Source: the human T2T-CHM13v2.0 reference genome, Homo sapiens. Taken from it: 64,000 bases of DNA. The stretch's first letter is position 1. Every line of letters starts with the position of its first letter. Positions 41,501-57,754 of this stretch are shown in pieces. Both the position numbers and the translations under genes were made by a program. The notes beneath the pieces are model-generated. The model saw only the letters and a program-made list of their open reading frames with translations, was not told where the DNA came from and ran no database searches. The stretch lies in assembly GCF_009914755.1 (NCBI RefSeq), contig NC_060929.1. One strand, written 5' to 3'.

Positions 41501-44500
41501 AGCTTTCCAAAACATCTGTCTCATCTTTCTCTTCTTTTTCCTGTAGTTTATTGAAAAGGTAAACAAAAATATTTTATATCCTTTAATATCACATGAAAAT
41601 CTTATTCAAGATATAAAGCCAAATTTTACCCTTGCATTAGTGTACTATTAATGTCATCCCATTTTTTAATAAAACCTTATAGAATAATCTATCAAATCTT
41701 AATCAGTTTGCCCATAAGGTGAGATTCTCATAAACATTTTATAACCCTTTACAAATTTTTGTTAAGGAGCAGATCAGTGTTCCAAGAAAACCCTGTTATG
41801 CTTTTATTCCAATGTTAAATTTATGGGAAAAAAATGAGCAATACTCTTTCAAATTTAGGCAATATGTTTATACACAGAATCTCTTTAACAATTAATTTTT
41901 CATGAACTTTCCACAATCTGCACAAACATTTAGCTTTATCCTATCTAATTTAAAATAATTATTTAACTCTCTAACCAAGGCAAATATTTACATTCACATG
42001 CCTTCTTATAATCTTTTAGTAAAGGAACATTTTACTTTCCTTACACACCTTGCATGTAAAATTGTTTCTTCAGTAGTTTCAAGTACATGTTACACTGTTA
42101 ACTCTTAGCAACTTTTGGTGAAAAATCTGGTTAGTAAGCTATTTTAATTATGTACTTAGTTTAGAGCCTAGGACATCAGACCGAAGTGCTGATAAGGTCT
42201 GACTCTTACCAGCATAGCTAAGGGGATGGCTAATTTCACATGTTCCCAGGCCTAACCTAATATTTGACCTGCCTAATTTAGACCAAATGTCTTTATTTTA
42301 CCAATAATCTTTAAAACTCTTTATTTCCTAACACTGATCTCACATGAACTAAAAAGCATTAGTTGTATTTTTCTAACAAAATATTTGATTTTTTTCTTTA
42401 AGCCAATTAATTACAGCTGCTTTATATAAATATCACACACACAACACATACATAACTACACAGACAGACAGAGGAAGATCCAGTATTGTAGGATTTTTAA
42501 TTTGCCATTTGTTAATTTTCTTAATTGGATTACTGGCTTCGGGGTGGAGACCTTCAAGAAACAGGGCCAGGAAAGCATATAGTTTCTAGGGCCTAATAAG
42601 CAGGTACAGCCAGAAGGCAAAAACCAGATCCCCCAAATTAAGGGTCCCATTTTTATATCACCTCCTGGATCCCCAAAAAGAGGGAAATGCTATGGGAGAA
42701 GACAGTGCAAAACTTTTTCCATTCATTTCATTGCTAAGCAACCCAAACCCAATCAGCCCATCCTGTGACTAGCCCATCCCCCATGATAGGCTTATCTCAG
42801 TGGGGATAGGGACATTTCCATACTTTTTGGGTGGCCAAGAGCATGCTTTTCTGATCCAAATGTGCAATGAGTCAAAAACTACCATTTGCCATCCCTAAAA
42901 GTATATTTAGCATTAGATTTTGAGAGGGATCTATCTGCTTTTAATTCCTGGTGTTTCATAAGGAAAACAGAGGTTATTTTCTAAAACAGGATCTATGGCA
43001 CCTCCTCTTTTTTCCTAAAGAGTCCCAAGCTGTTAGAAATTCTTTTATGCCCTCTCAGGTGTGCATCAAGAGTGGTGAGACAAAATGAAGAAAAACAATT
43101 CAGTTACCTGAGAAGACCAAACATTTTTACCATAAAAACAAATTCAAGAAGAGAAAAAACATAAAGGCCTTTCACATACATGTACAGCTTGGATATCCAT
43201 TAAGCATGCCTTTAACCATAGTGCTCTTTTTAAAAAATATCCATCTAACTTTCCTATTACCCTACTTTAGCCAGCCAAACAGCCAATATTTCTGGCTTTT
43301 AAATCTTACTGAAAGTAACCTCATTGGGTGAAATCAACAAGCATTAACTAAGGTTATGACTTAACCACAAGTGAATGAGGTATTTTCAAACAGGTGGTTA
43401 GCAGTTTTTACCAGATATAGAATCTCCAAAGGTATCTCAAATAAAGGAAAATTCAAGATGTTTCTTGTAGGGGAAGAAAATCAACAAATGGTAAAGGTCA
43501 CACTGATATTAAACCAGAAAGGACTCATTCTCTAAGCCAAGAATTGAATCCTGAACCTGGGCTTCCACTGTGAAAAGAAAAAGCGTTAGCTACTAAGCTA
43601 AAGCACTGGGCAACTTTCATCACTCTTCCCAGGAGCCAAGAACAGTCGGTTTTGAGTTTGCAAAGGCTTTTGACTACTCAAGACAATTTTAGAGCTAACT
43701 GTAACATGAACTCCAAAATTCCTGTTCCCTGAATGACAGAGACCAAGAGAAAGTACAATCAGATGATTACATGGTCAACCTACCAAGGACATAAAACAAG
43801 ATGGAGACCTCATCCAGGTTTTTTGTTTCAGGAACCTGCAGCAAAGCTTCTTACTGACCAGCATCCTGTACCATCTTGAATAGCGGGCTTGTGGGATCCT
43901 AAGCCCATTATCCTAAGGTACCTCTCTTTATGACAGAATGACACAGAAAAACAAATTAATAGCACAAAGTACACCAGATATGCTAAAGCTTAGGACTAGT
44001 CTCACAAATGCTTTTTTCTATTAACCAAACCATTGGAGAGGAGACAAACAGTGATGTTTACCATTTTCACTTACACACATGCACAGACACACACACACAT
44101 ACACAAAAAGAGAGAGAGAGAAGCATTGCTCATGGCAGGGTGGGAAAGGTAGGGAACTTGGGGAAGTCAGAGAAAGTCCCACCCATTGCACTAATACTGA
44201 ATCAAAAGTTCAGGCTACCGCTTGCTGGTAACACAGGGATCTTTTCCAACAATCCCATCAGCTCTCAAGTTTCCCCCTTTGGGGAGAAAAAGTTCCCCAT
44301 GTTCCATGGTCCCATATATGCCTAATCCTCTCACCCATAGCTGTCAGCAAAGAGTGCAAGGCAGATTTAATTTTTTTTTAAATCAATTAGTCACTTAAAG
44401 TTTTTATTTGCTTTTCATAAACTTCTAAATAAAAATATTGAAATATTTTTAGAATCTTCTGCATGTAAATAAGCATCCCTAGATGAGACTAATTTTGGAG

Positions 44501-44844
44501 CCCTCATTTTTAAATGCACCTCAGTGCAATGTTCTTTATTTGGAACATTCCACTGTAAGTTCTCTTTAACAAAATTTTGTCATTTCTGTAAGACATTGCT
44601 GCTCAGTTCTTCAGAAAATAAAAATTCCATTTTTTACCTCAAATATTGGCTTTGCTCTCAGGTTCCCTTGATTAACTTAGCCGGTGTTTTTTCCTACCTA
44701 AGCACGCAAGAAAAATGAAGCTAAGGAGTAGAACACAAAAATCCATGCACATTTCCAAAAGCCAAATTTTACACCCCCTGCAATATTGACATTACTACCA
44801 GTTTCTTTCTGACCCAGTGAAGTGTAAGAAGCTTCTAACTGGAT
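38566..44844 (-). mobile_element. MER57-type ERV1 (MER4 group) internal region with env remnant; 5' LTR absent
   Basis: Continuous MER4-group internal sequence; leader-like 'atccagttagaagcttcttacacttcactgggtcagaaagaaactggtagta' at the far end; env TM peptide at 39327-39560. Confidence 0.85.
39327..39560 (-). pseudogene. Retroviral env TM remnant (heptad repeat and immunosuppressive domain)
   Basis: ORF ...QQTSNSLVKVMLNNIIVLDYLLAKQ resembles the ISD pattern LQNRxALDYLLAxQGG; the frame is lost after the ISD. Confidence 0.8.
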
Positions 44845-47800
44845 GATTATTATGCACAATTATTTCAAAAATAATTCTGGCAAATCTCTAAAATTTGCAA
44901 ATGAGTTGGTTTTGCAGTTGGTGAACGCAGTGATAGCTACTTTACACAGTTCTTCAGCATTAATTATATTTATCACTGGTATTAAGAATCACATGTACTA
45001 TTTATAAAATACATATAACTACAGGTTTATAATTTTTTCATCTCTATGGGAAATCTGTCAATATCATTAGCCCCTATTTTATCAAAATTATGGAAAATGT
45101 TATTACCATATATTACTCTGCTATCATTATTGGGTTTATTTTCTGGGGTTTTTTTGGGTATTCTTTTTTCCAAAGTACAAAATTTGTTCAAGAGATGAAA
45201 ATGGGACCTGCTCCATGGAAGTCCCCAAGCAGAAGCCTGTGTTAACTAAGTCATCAAATTCTCTGCTTTGGATAAATTGTTACTGCCATCATTCAGAGAC
45301 AAAAAGAAAAACAATTTATTATACAGAAGCAATGACTCATTTTACATTCCTACTCCATTTTTTTGTCAAGCATTTTCTAAGTTCCACCAAATCCAGCTTA
45401 AAACATGTTCAGAATCAATTTCAGCATATAATTCATGATAAAATAAATTAATTACATATTGGAAAAATTTAGTTAAAAATAATTTTTCAGGAAAAGAAAA
45501 GGGAGCATGGATTAAGTTAACAAAGATAGAGCAAGTGATGGGTTGATTGCTCAGAATCACCATAAAAGCTCCTCCAAGGATTCTCTTAGGGACAACTAGA
45601 GTACACAGATATAATTCATTTATTAGATTGCTATGAAGAAAACAGTTTTAATTTGATGATGAAGAATTCAACCCCACATTTCCAATGAAAGCAAAAGATC
45701 CAATTATTTCAAGGACTGAGCAATTTAACTAAATGCTATATCCTAGGGAACTATGATAGGAATCAAATGTAGTGGTTTATGGAAGTTGATTTAATTTTTG
45801 TCAAAAGTACATATATTTTCTAGTAACAACTAACTTTTAGTTCTCATTTTATGATTATATTAAGAAAGAATCAAAGTTCTCTTTTTTTCTTTGAAAAAAT
45901 AAATTCAGGAATTTCAGGTTATAGGAGAAAAGAACCAAAAATTTTCTATGACATCCAAACGCTGAGAACTCCATTAAACACTGTCACTGGCCCAGGCACT
46001 TGCTCTACCATACCAGTTCATGGTGTGCATGACTCAAACTGGGGTTTCAGCAAAACCACACATTATTACATGTTGGACACTTTCATTATCACTCATGAAT
46101 GGTGTAAACAGTGAACATTAAACCTAGAAAATATGCAAGATTAGGATGGAGTATGGAAACAGGGCCTCTGCAGTGAAAAGGATATTTTTCATTACTAGAG
46201 TAGAGAGAAAAAGTAAAATGTTGACATGTCTGGTGATGGGATAAGAGGATAACCAAATGTTATGCAGATTTTTTTAATAATTATAATAGGAAATAATATA
46301 TCACCAAAATAGAAAGTCTTAGAGCTTCTTTTAACTAACCAGTAAAATACATGTAATATGTTTTATAATTTTCCCCAAATTATTTGTAATTATTGATATA
46401 GCATAATTAGTGTGTTGTATACTATCAGAATTTAATATTTAAATAATGATTGCAGAGTTTGAATTCTGGGGGTGATATATTCAAAGACATAAATTAATTA
46501 TATTAACCCTCATGTTATGAGCTAAGAAAAAATTTCTTGAGAAAGCAGTGGGGCAATGTGTCCTTTTTTATGATTAATTCCTAAGCTGTCACTAAAGGAA
46601 GAATAACGAGTTTGCTATAAATATGCATTTTGACAAAAATGGGAGTTGATATTTATTTCTGAATAACTTTGTGTGAAAAACGGCTTCTTTGATATTTTTA
46701 AATGTAACATTTCTTATTCTAAATTAAGGAAAAGATTGTTCATGGTGCAATGGAGAAAAATAATTTATATTGCCATTTCTCATTTCTACCCACAAATGTC
46801 TCTCTCTTCAGCATAACTCTATTCTCTGGGCTTGATTTATAATGATTTTTTATTTTCCAAATAAGTTCAACAAAATAGGAATTGCTACTAGTGAGAATGG
46901 TTCAAATATATACACACACACATATATATATATATACATAGTCATTATATATGAGTCTTAAGAATCTTCAGGCATTTTAAAGATGGCACATGATATATTT
47001 TGAGCAACAGCAAATAATAACATTTTATAAAATTTGAGATTATAAGGGTACTGCAGGACCTTGAAAAGAAACCTAGAAAAAAAATTAATTCCTTTTCCAA
47101 AGAATTTACTTATTTGACACTTGACGAAGGTCACTTTTTTGACAAGGAAAATATTCTCTTGAATCAAGTAGTTATAATTTAGACCTAATCACAAGAATAT
47201 TTGGAGCAAAGGGTGGAAAAAGGCAGTAATTCGAGAACATCATGTTAAATTTATGTTGCCACTAGAAAGGCTTACAAACATTTCTGATTATACTTTTAAG
47301 CTGCAATAACTTAAAAGAGGTCCTTTTTAGCCTGTAGCAAATCAGTGCACTAAATATACCCATATTAGCATTCAAGACAATATGTAATATTTAATTTTAG
47401 TCAGACTATGAAAAATAGAAGAGAATGAGAGGATACAGGAATGAAATTATCAATATTACTACTGTTAATGGGAAGCATTTTGTCATTTTAAGGTGATAAT
47501 TCAACCTTTTTCAGGCATATGAGACATAACCATTATAAAGCACCTGTATCAAATATGATCTTATCAAAACTTTTTGGGTGAATAAATAAACTGAAAAATC
47601 CTCCTGGAAAAAAAGACAGTTTTGCCAACCACTGACTTCTTTGAATTACTTTTGAAGAAATTTTGATAGAGACTGACTGTTACTCAGATTCTCAAGGTCT
47701 AATTAAACATATTTGCCAACACATCAAATGGGTGGGAGAGCAATATAACTGTGGAAGTGAAAGGAAGCTAAACCGTCAGGAGTTGGAAATCCTAATTGTC

Positions 47801-48929
47801 TTTGAACAAAGTGCTCAATAATACAGAAAATATATAGTAATCTTTTTTGGACTAAAAGAGTCAATAAACTTCAAAAATTCAATAACCTCCTATTTCCAGG
47901 GAGTTAGATGGAGTTAGAACTTTAAATATTTATTAATAACAAGTTTAAAAAATTGCATTTAGTTAGCCTTTGTTGAATGAGAATTTAATATTCCTAGATG
48001 TTAGAACTAGAGCTTAGGAATATCATCACTTGGATATGGGTCTGGATAGCTACCACTCGAATGAAAACATATTTCATGAGAATTTAATTTTCACTGAGTA
48101 TAATTTGTGCAAAGATGTAGTGACTTGGAAAGCTCTTTAATGTAAAGAAGTTATTGCTAACTAGACTTGAAAGAGCTAATGAATCATTCACTAGAAAACT
48201 TCACTTGAACAGGAAGTACAACACCATTTTGAATATTGCCTTTTTCATTTAAATGCTGGAGTTAATTGTAAAGTAAATTTCACCCATTCCCATTAAGTCC
48301 TAAATAAGTGTGGTACGATGCAGTTTACTGATACTTAAGACAACCAAAGAACAATTTTCACACCTCATTGCCACACATAAAAGAGAGGCAAAATGAAATC
48401 CAAGACACATAATAGGAGCCCTGTAGGCTCTTTGATCACTCATTACATGGATTTTTCCCTTGTAATATCACATTGATTTCCTGCTTTATACACCAGAACT
48501 AAAAATAATTCTGATCATATGTAAATGTTGCACGTATTATTAGAACTCTGGTAAATGCTTTCAGCTCAAGTGATTGAAACAGATCTTAATTTTTCATTTG
48601 CACAATCTTCAACAAATCATATTTTCCTAGTCTTGTATTTCTCATCAATGTTAATGGGGCCAATGTATACATAATTGCAGGATAATTAGAATATTTGATT
48701 AATCAATATATTTATTTCAATTTTAAATAGTAACAGCTCAGCTTTCACTATCCTGAATTTTAAAAATAAATAAATAAAGTGTTATCAGGGTATGCTTATT
48801 TAGATGTATGTGTATATAGGTATATAGATAGATAACATGAGTTCTGATTTGTACTTATTAAAGAAGAAAGTATACACATAATTTGATAAAATTATTTAGA
48901 AAATTGGTTTAAATTCAATTTTAAAAATC

Positions 48930-49230
48930 CTCAAAACGTTAACTTGAACTGTCTCTGGATTGCAAACGTTATAGGATATTATCATATTCGGTGTATTATA
49001 ATTAAGAGTATGCACTTTGTAACAGGTATGAAATCCTGCTTTTCCACTCAACCACATGTGAGATCTTTTGCAATTTCTTATTTCACTAAGCCACAATTTG
49101 CACATGTAAAAATTGAAATAATACAAGTCACTATTTCATAGAGTTGTGGTGTTAGTTAAGGCAATACTAACAAAGCTCTTAGCTGAGCTTCTGACAAAAT
49201 ATCAATAATGAGAATCTTTCCTTTTATTAT
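48930..49230 (+). mobile_element. MIR SINE
   Basis: 'attaagagtatgcactttg...aaatcctgcttttccactca...catgtaaaaattgaaataatacaagtcactatttcatagagttgtggtg'. Confidence 0.7.
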
Positions 49231-50158
49231 TTGTATTTAAATATACAGTCATACTAATTAAACAATAGACTCCAAATTACAGCATTTTGAACTTTTCTCT
49301 TAGAAAAATGACTGAATAAATGGAAGCATGAATGAAGTACTCTGTGATATATTGCTATTAAGGGCAAAACCAAATAAGCACATCTATTCCTTATACATTA
49401 ATTTTAGTCATGTCCTGTATTTTATAATATTTATATATCCAATTGACAGTGGTACAATGATGACAAGGTTAATAATAATAATAGAGACTAATTGCCTAGT
49501 TACCTAGAGTTAGTTTCAACTGTTATATATACTTCATTAGCTTTTACATGAACAACAAAATTATTCATCAAAATGTGAAAATATTTTTAATTTTCTTGAA
49601 ACATTTTTGTATCATAGTTAAATATTAATTACGAAAAAGTGAAAACTAGGTAACTGTGAGTAAAATTTATAACTTCTCATGTAAGTTCAGGAATTCCTGA
49701 ATTTCTAATTTGTGGTTTCTAACTCCTCATAACCACCCCCATTTCAAACCTCACCTCCTGTGCTCCACTTCAGATTTGGTACTATAGCTGTCTCGAATTA
49801 AAAGATTAGCAAATCCTGAAAATCTTTACCACTGACAGAAAATCCTTTTGTTTACTACTTCAAACAAAAAGGTTTAAAAGCCACTCACAAAAGGAAGAAT
49901 TGAAAAATACACTCATAAATTCCAGAGATGCCTTCATATAGAGATTTCTTTTTCATTCATTATAATGAAATGCTAAAATGAAGATATCAGCTACCTAAGA
50001 CACATTCCAAAGCCACGTAAGATACAAAACACATGAAACAAGGTAAACCTAAGGTTAAGTAACTTTATAACTTCTCACTCCCAAAAGGGTATGAAAGGGT
50101 GAAAGGAGTAAAGTCTGAGAGATTATTTTTAAAGAACATTTCTTTAGAAAGAGTTTAA

Positions 50159-51940
<1,782 letters not shown>

Positions 51941-53504
51941 AAGAACTGCACCCTCCAAGGGAAAGGGCTAGGGAATGCTGCATCATAAACAGAATTCAAG
52001 AGAAAAAAGCTTTAATCCCATTACTTGGAAGATGAATATGCTTATCTTTCAGTTCGACTGGTGTTTGAGTCACATCTCAGAAGAACCGAAGGAGCAAAAG
52101 GCTGGTTGAAGGAACCTGTGGCATCAGAGAAAAGGCTAGGACCTAGGAAGAACTCCATTCCTAGTGTGTGCTGAAGCAGATACAGGCTACACAGCAGAGA
52201 AACAGCATAGTGGTTTCTTGTATCATATACAAGAAGAGGTAAGAGGTCTGAGAAAGTAAAAGGTAGATCATTGGATGTCCAGGGCTATAGATAAGTTCCA
52301 GAGAGACAAGCCTAAAGAGATATGTTTGCAATGGGTAGTGCATCACTAACATAGGCTGTCTCCAAATAAACCAGGAAATGATAAAAAATATATATTCTTT
52401 AAAATTGTGGCACACTCCAAGGAGCAAAAAACAAGTTCTTTCTTTTCTCATACCTATCCTGAAAGGATAAGAAAAAAAGAATGATGATATTGTTAAAGGA
52501 AAAACAGAAGTTGATGCAAAACCAATTGTTCTTAAGGAAGGTTTACAGAATTAGAGGGAAAAAAAAAACACAATCCTAACCTTCGGAAAGCTACAACTTA
52601 TAAAAGCAGAATTGAGTAAGATAAGTTGTCAAAGAGATGGTAAAAGAGCTCACGGCAAAAAAAAAAACAAACAAACAAACAAAAAAAAACGCAATACAGA
52701 AGACAAGAAAGGTGAAAATTTCAAGAAGGAGGGAGTTATTGGCTATGTGGAACATAATAAGTTCATGTAAGATTAGGATTTAAAAAGGTATGTTTTACCT
52801 TCTTGAGAGCAGTTCTCATGGAATGATGTAAGCTGAAGTCATTTTAAGCTGGAAAATGCATTCATTTTTTAACCATGGAGACATTTCTATAGTAGATTTT
52901 CTATTATAGAAATTTTGAAAATTCTGATAAAAGTAATAGCAACTCTTTTTGCCTCTACCACTTCCTGGCTATATGTCCTGAGTAAGTCACTTGACTCAGG
53001 GATTGTTGGAGTTGATATAAGAAGACAATTTTGCAGAACTGGCTAACAATTTAATTTAGTTTAAAGGCCTTGAAATGAATATTTTTTCTATCAGTATGGA
53101 TTATTTAAATAGATATTTATACATGTTTATTAGAGATTCTATAATCACATAAAGATTTTTTTCAGTGCCATGCAGTAACATTCAAACAATACATTTTGTT
53201 ACTGTAAATGTCTAAATTTTTAAAAAATGAATGTTTTGGAAGAAATAAAAATTAATTCTAAAAATGACAGTTTACTTTAACATAGATTTGAAATTAATTT
53301 TTGTTCCTAAAATGAACAAGCCAATGTACAAATAAATAAGTAAAATGCTATACAATTATATAGTAATAAACATTTTTTTCCAAAGGATGACTGTAACTCA
53401 ATAGCACTAGTGTTATCCTTATTTATATAAAATGACCTTCAACACAAAAAAGCGGAAAATGTATATCAGAGAAAACTAATTTAAAGTAGTATATTTCACT
53501 AATT

Positions 53505-53550
53505 ATTCCATTTAAGACATAAGATAATTCCATTTAAGACATAAGATAAT
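53505..53550. repeat. Perfect 22-bp tandem duplication
   Basis: attccatttaagacataagata at 53505-53526 and 53527-53548. Confidence 0.95.
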
Positions 53551-54571
53551 CTTATTAAATTTGAGAAAGAGTATGGCAATATAGGTGATAAGATCTGAAT
53601 CATGCCTAACAAAGAGTTAAGTAATAATTGGCAGCTATAATTTAAGTAAATATTTAAGTTATTGATATATGATAATAATGTGGCCAAAAAAAGCATCCAA
53701 GAACTGATTTCATGAAACAGAAAAACATACTTCAAGATATTTTTTAATGTCACCTGCGTAAATTATCTCAAAATTAAAAGAATCCGTGAATGCAATGATA
53801 TAAAGTACAAGCTAATTAACTTACACATATCCTAGCTTAAAATTAATTTATCATGCCTTAAAGTTCAACAAAATTGCACAAAGTCATCCTTCAAAGAAGG
53901 ATGTTTATCTCCATGATATTTAGAAATAAATAAGAGGAGCTATTAAATAGTTTATTGTTTAATAGAGCCTAAAAATGGCAAATATGTCTGATTGTCAATT
54001 TTGAATGTCCTGTGTGATTATCACTTATAAAATATGACTTTATATTAAAATATATTACTTGAAATATTATTGTATTAGGATATTTTTATGTATGCTAGAG
54101 GAAATTTTAATCTACTGTCTATCTGTTTAGAAATTAATCTAATCTGTTTAGAAAATGAAATAAAATATAAATACCATTCTTATAAAAATTGCCAGATCTT
54201 GAGAAATGATTTTCAGTAAGTATATGTATTAAGCAAACAATAGTTTATATTTTTCTATTGGAATGTAAAAGCTTATATAATAAGAACTTCCATTATTTTT
54301 CTTTTTTTGAATGAAAGTGAAACATGAAAACACATAATGAAAGTAAAATTTAACAGTGGGCAATAAACATACATATAGATATATAAAATTGCACATATAT
54401 AAATATGAGCATTTTAAAAATATATATAATGTGTATAGATATATTTATAGCTATCATCACAATATATCTTTGAATGATTTGTTATATTCATAGAAAGATC
54501 AACTGAGTAAAATAGAGATTTTAGAAAGACTTAAATATATGTATTTCACTTTAAATCATGGGGGAGAGATT

Positions 54572-54889
54572 ACAGTAACTAACTTCCAGATAGCTCCCAA
54601 TGACTGTCTCTTCTCCTTTTATTCATTGCTTCTGTAGTCTTCTTCCACATTGTATCATGGTTGGTCTGTGTTGTGTCACCAGTAGAATATGGAGGAAGTG
54701 ATGGTATATAATTTCTAAATTAGGTTATAAAAGACACTACGAATTCCCTTTTGCACTCTTTGTCTTTGTCTCTCACCACTGAGTCTGGAGAAAGCTGACT
54801 GCCATGTTACCCTATGCAGAGGCCCATGTGGTAAGGAACAAAGGCCTTCTCCCAACAACCATGTGACTGAGCTTAAAAGTGGATCCTTA
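54572..54889 (+). mobile_element. MLT1F-like LTR, 3'-truncated
   Basis: 'agaatatggaggaagtgatggta...taggttataaaagacact...agaggcccatgtggtaaggaac...caacaaccatgtgactgagctt'. Confidence 0.82.
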
Positions 54890-55810
54890 TTTCAATTAAC
54901 TTAGCAAAAGAAAACCCACAGAATGATTAACATATCATGATGCGAACAAGGATCAGGAAGAAATATTCAGTAAATTTTTTTTTTTTTTACTTTCTGCCAT
55001 CCAGGAATCATTTAGATAGTAATAACAGTATATAATTATCTGTTTCTATTTCTCCTGTAATTTTTACATTACATTTACATTGCTACATTTTCCTAAATAT
55101 TAATATACCTGTTTCTGCAATGTGCTACTATTTTATTTTTGGAGATGACTATTTAGCAAACTAGTAGCAGCAAAAGACCAAAAGTTACCTGTGTACTAAA
55201 GGTCAGATGCGGCAAAGCACAAAAATAAGAAAATGTCCAAACAACAGAAAATCCACCTGTGACACAAGTGACGTTTTCTTGGATAAAGACAAAATGTATT
55301 TTCTTTTGTACCAAAACGAGAATAAAAAAGGTTAGTTGATTAAATATATTGTACTCTAACTATATTTTGTTGCACTATTTATAATAAGGACCTTGGCAAA
55401 ACTTAAAGTTGTTGTAAAATAGGTCTTTTAAATGAATTATATGTATCTTGTAGGATTTTGTAACTTACATTTGAGAAAGCTAACTAATATTTCCCTCCTA
55501 AAGATTGATATAAATACAAATTTATTCTTTGGATATTACAGAGAATCTATAACATTGAACTAGAATAAAATGACATTTAGATTACTTTGCTTTTTGATTA
55601 ATCCCTATCACACCAGAAATATAAAGAAATTGAGTAGGGCATAGATTTTACAACGGAACCCAACAACGTTCATTCCTGAAGACAGCTGCCAAGTATAAAG
55701 AAGCTAAGAAGTTAGCTCTAGGAAGGTATATGTCCATATGCATATACATCCATAAGATTATGCCATCAAATTATACACATAAGTAAATTTCTGTCAGAAA
55801 ATTCTACCAT

Positions 55811-56333
55811 TGCTAATCTTCATAAATTAGCCCACCTACCCAAATGAAACATATATCTCCTATTCATAGCCTTCAATGATCCTCAGCCATTAAATCTAGA
55901 TTTTTCTTGTGGTTTTCTTGTAAAGAATATAATGTGTTAGAAGTGAAATCATATGATCTATGAAGCCAGTTAAGAAAAATATATTGAGGTCACTGCTTTA
56001 CTCTTGGAATGCTATTCAAGGCCAACTGCGATGAAAAAATGTCTGGTTATTGTGAGAGCACAATGAATGCTGTGAGGAAGCCCAAATGAGCACATAGAGG
56101 AACTCATTGTTATAGAGAGGTGCCCAGCCAGCTATGAATGTTAGCCATGTTTGACCCTCCAGACAAACCTAAAAAGTACCAGTGAATGGCTGCAGTTGAC
56201 ATATGAAGCAAGAGGTTATCCCAGCCAAACTCAATGTGAATACTTGCCACACAAAATTGTGATACAACAAAATATTGGTTTGCTGTTTTAAGCTTTAGGG
56301 AAGTTTTTTACACAAGAATATATAATCAGAATG
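55811..56333 (+). mobile_element. MLT1G/H-like LTR, the 5' LTR of a MaLR provirus
   Basis: 'tgctgtgaggaagcccaa', 'cccagccaaactc...cacaaaattgtga...ttgctgttttaagc', followed by the internal start 'aaatttggtac'. Confidence 0.75.
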
Positions 56334-56751
56334 AAATTTGGTACGTGGGACTGGGGAGTCAATGTATCAAAAACTCTAAAACACTTGCCTTTAAAACTGA
56401 GCAGGGGGCATGACCTAAAAGAGCCTCAAGATGACTTTCATTGAAAGCTGGATGATCCTGAAGGAGACACTTCATAACCATGAACATGAGACAATGCCAA
56501 GATGAGACAATGTTGTTGAAGACCATAAAATAACACCTTCTATGTAATGGCAGAAACTTTGGTAACACTGTCTCATACAGTAACATGGAAATAGAAAAGG
56601 TATCTAATGAATTCATGTATCCGTCTATGTAGATTTATTAGCAAAAAGTGGAAAATAACATAAACATTGCTTCTTATGCATATGATAAAAATTTTAAAAG
56701 AATGAAGAACTGATATTTTAATATACAGCTCTGATAATAATTTAATGTGAA

Positions 56752-57073
56752 ATCCAGGCTTTGTGGCTCACGCCTGTAATTCCAACATTTGGTGAGGCCA
56801 AACTGGAAGGACAGTTTGAGACCAGGAGTTCAAGACCAGCCTGAGCAACATAGCAAGATCTCATGACTGCAAAAAGTAAAAAAAATAGCCAGGCATGATG
56901 GCATTTGTCTGTAGTACAAACAACTAGGAAGGCTGAAGGGGGAGGATCATTTGAACCCAGGAGTTCAGGGTTCCAATGAACTCTGATCATGCCACTGCAC
57001 TTCAGCCTAGGTGAGAGAGCAAGACTTGTCTCTAAAAATAAATAAACTAATTAATTAAATAAAAAATTAAAAA
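56752..57073 (+). mobile_element. AluJ (Jo/Jr-like)
   Basis: Diverged dimer with J diagnostics 'gcaacatagcaaga' and 'ggaggatcatttgaacccaggagttc'; degenerate A tail. Confidence 0.9.
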
Positions 57074-57687
57074 TGAAGAGAAATAATTTCTCAAATGAAA
57101 AATAAGGTGATCCCTCTTCATCAGTCTCTCTTGGCAAAATATTTTTAAACTAAGAAATGTCTTCAGATATAGACATGCAAAATTATGCAGAAGAACAACA
57201 AACCCAGGAATTTGTTATTTTAAAAAATTAATAAGATAGACCAGCAGCTAGACTAATAAAGAAGAAAAGAGAGAAGATTCAAATAAACACAATTAGAAAT
57301 TACAAAGGGGATGTTTCCACTGACCCCAAGGAAATACAAGTAACCATCGGAGACCACTATGAACACCTCTATGCACACAACTAGAAAATCCAGAGGAAAT
57401 AGATACATTCCTGGACACATACATCCTCCCAAGGCTGAACCAGAAAGAAATTAAATTCCCGAATAGACCAATAACGAGCTCGAAATTGAGTCAATAATGA
57501 ATAACCTAACAACCAAAAACAAGTCCAGGACCAGATGGATTCACAGCTGAATTCTAATAAATGTATAAAGGAGAGCTGGTACCATTTCTGCCGAAGCTAT
57601 TTCAAAAAAAAAAAAAAAATGAAGAGGACAGATGCATTCCCAAATCATTCTATGTGGCCAGCACCATCTTGATACTAAAACCTGGCA

Positions 57688-57689
<2 letters not shown>

Positions 57690-57734
<45 letters not shown>

Positions 57735-57754
57735 ACACACACACATACACACAC
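57690..57754. repeat. (CA)n microsatellite inside L1
   Basis: About 32 CA units with two TA interruptions. Confidence 0.95.

Noticed and set aside
49686-49701. Perfect 16-bp palindrome ttcaggaattcctgaa, and a nearby repeated 14-mer tttataacttctca (49666, 50064)
   Set aside because: On the order of one such palindrome is expected by chance; the spacing fits neither canonical GAS nor HSE, and no element is recognisable between the 14-mers.
51949-52450. Purine-rich segment resembling an ancient Gypsy/ERVL-type LTR
   Set aside because: No termini or family-diagnostic motif that I can verify.
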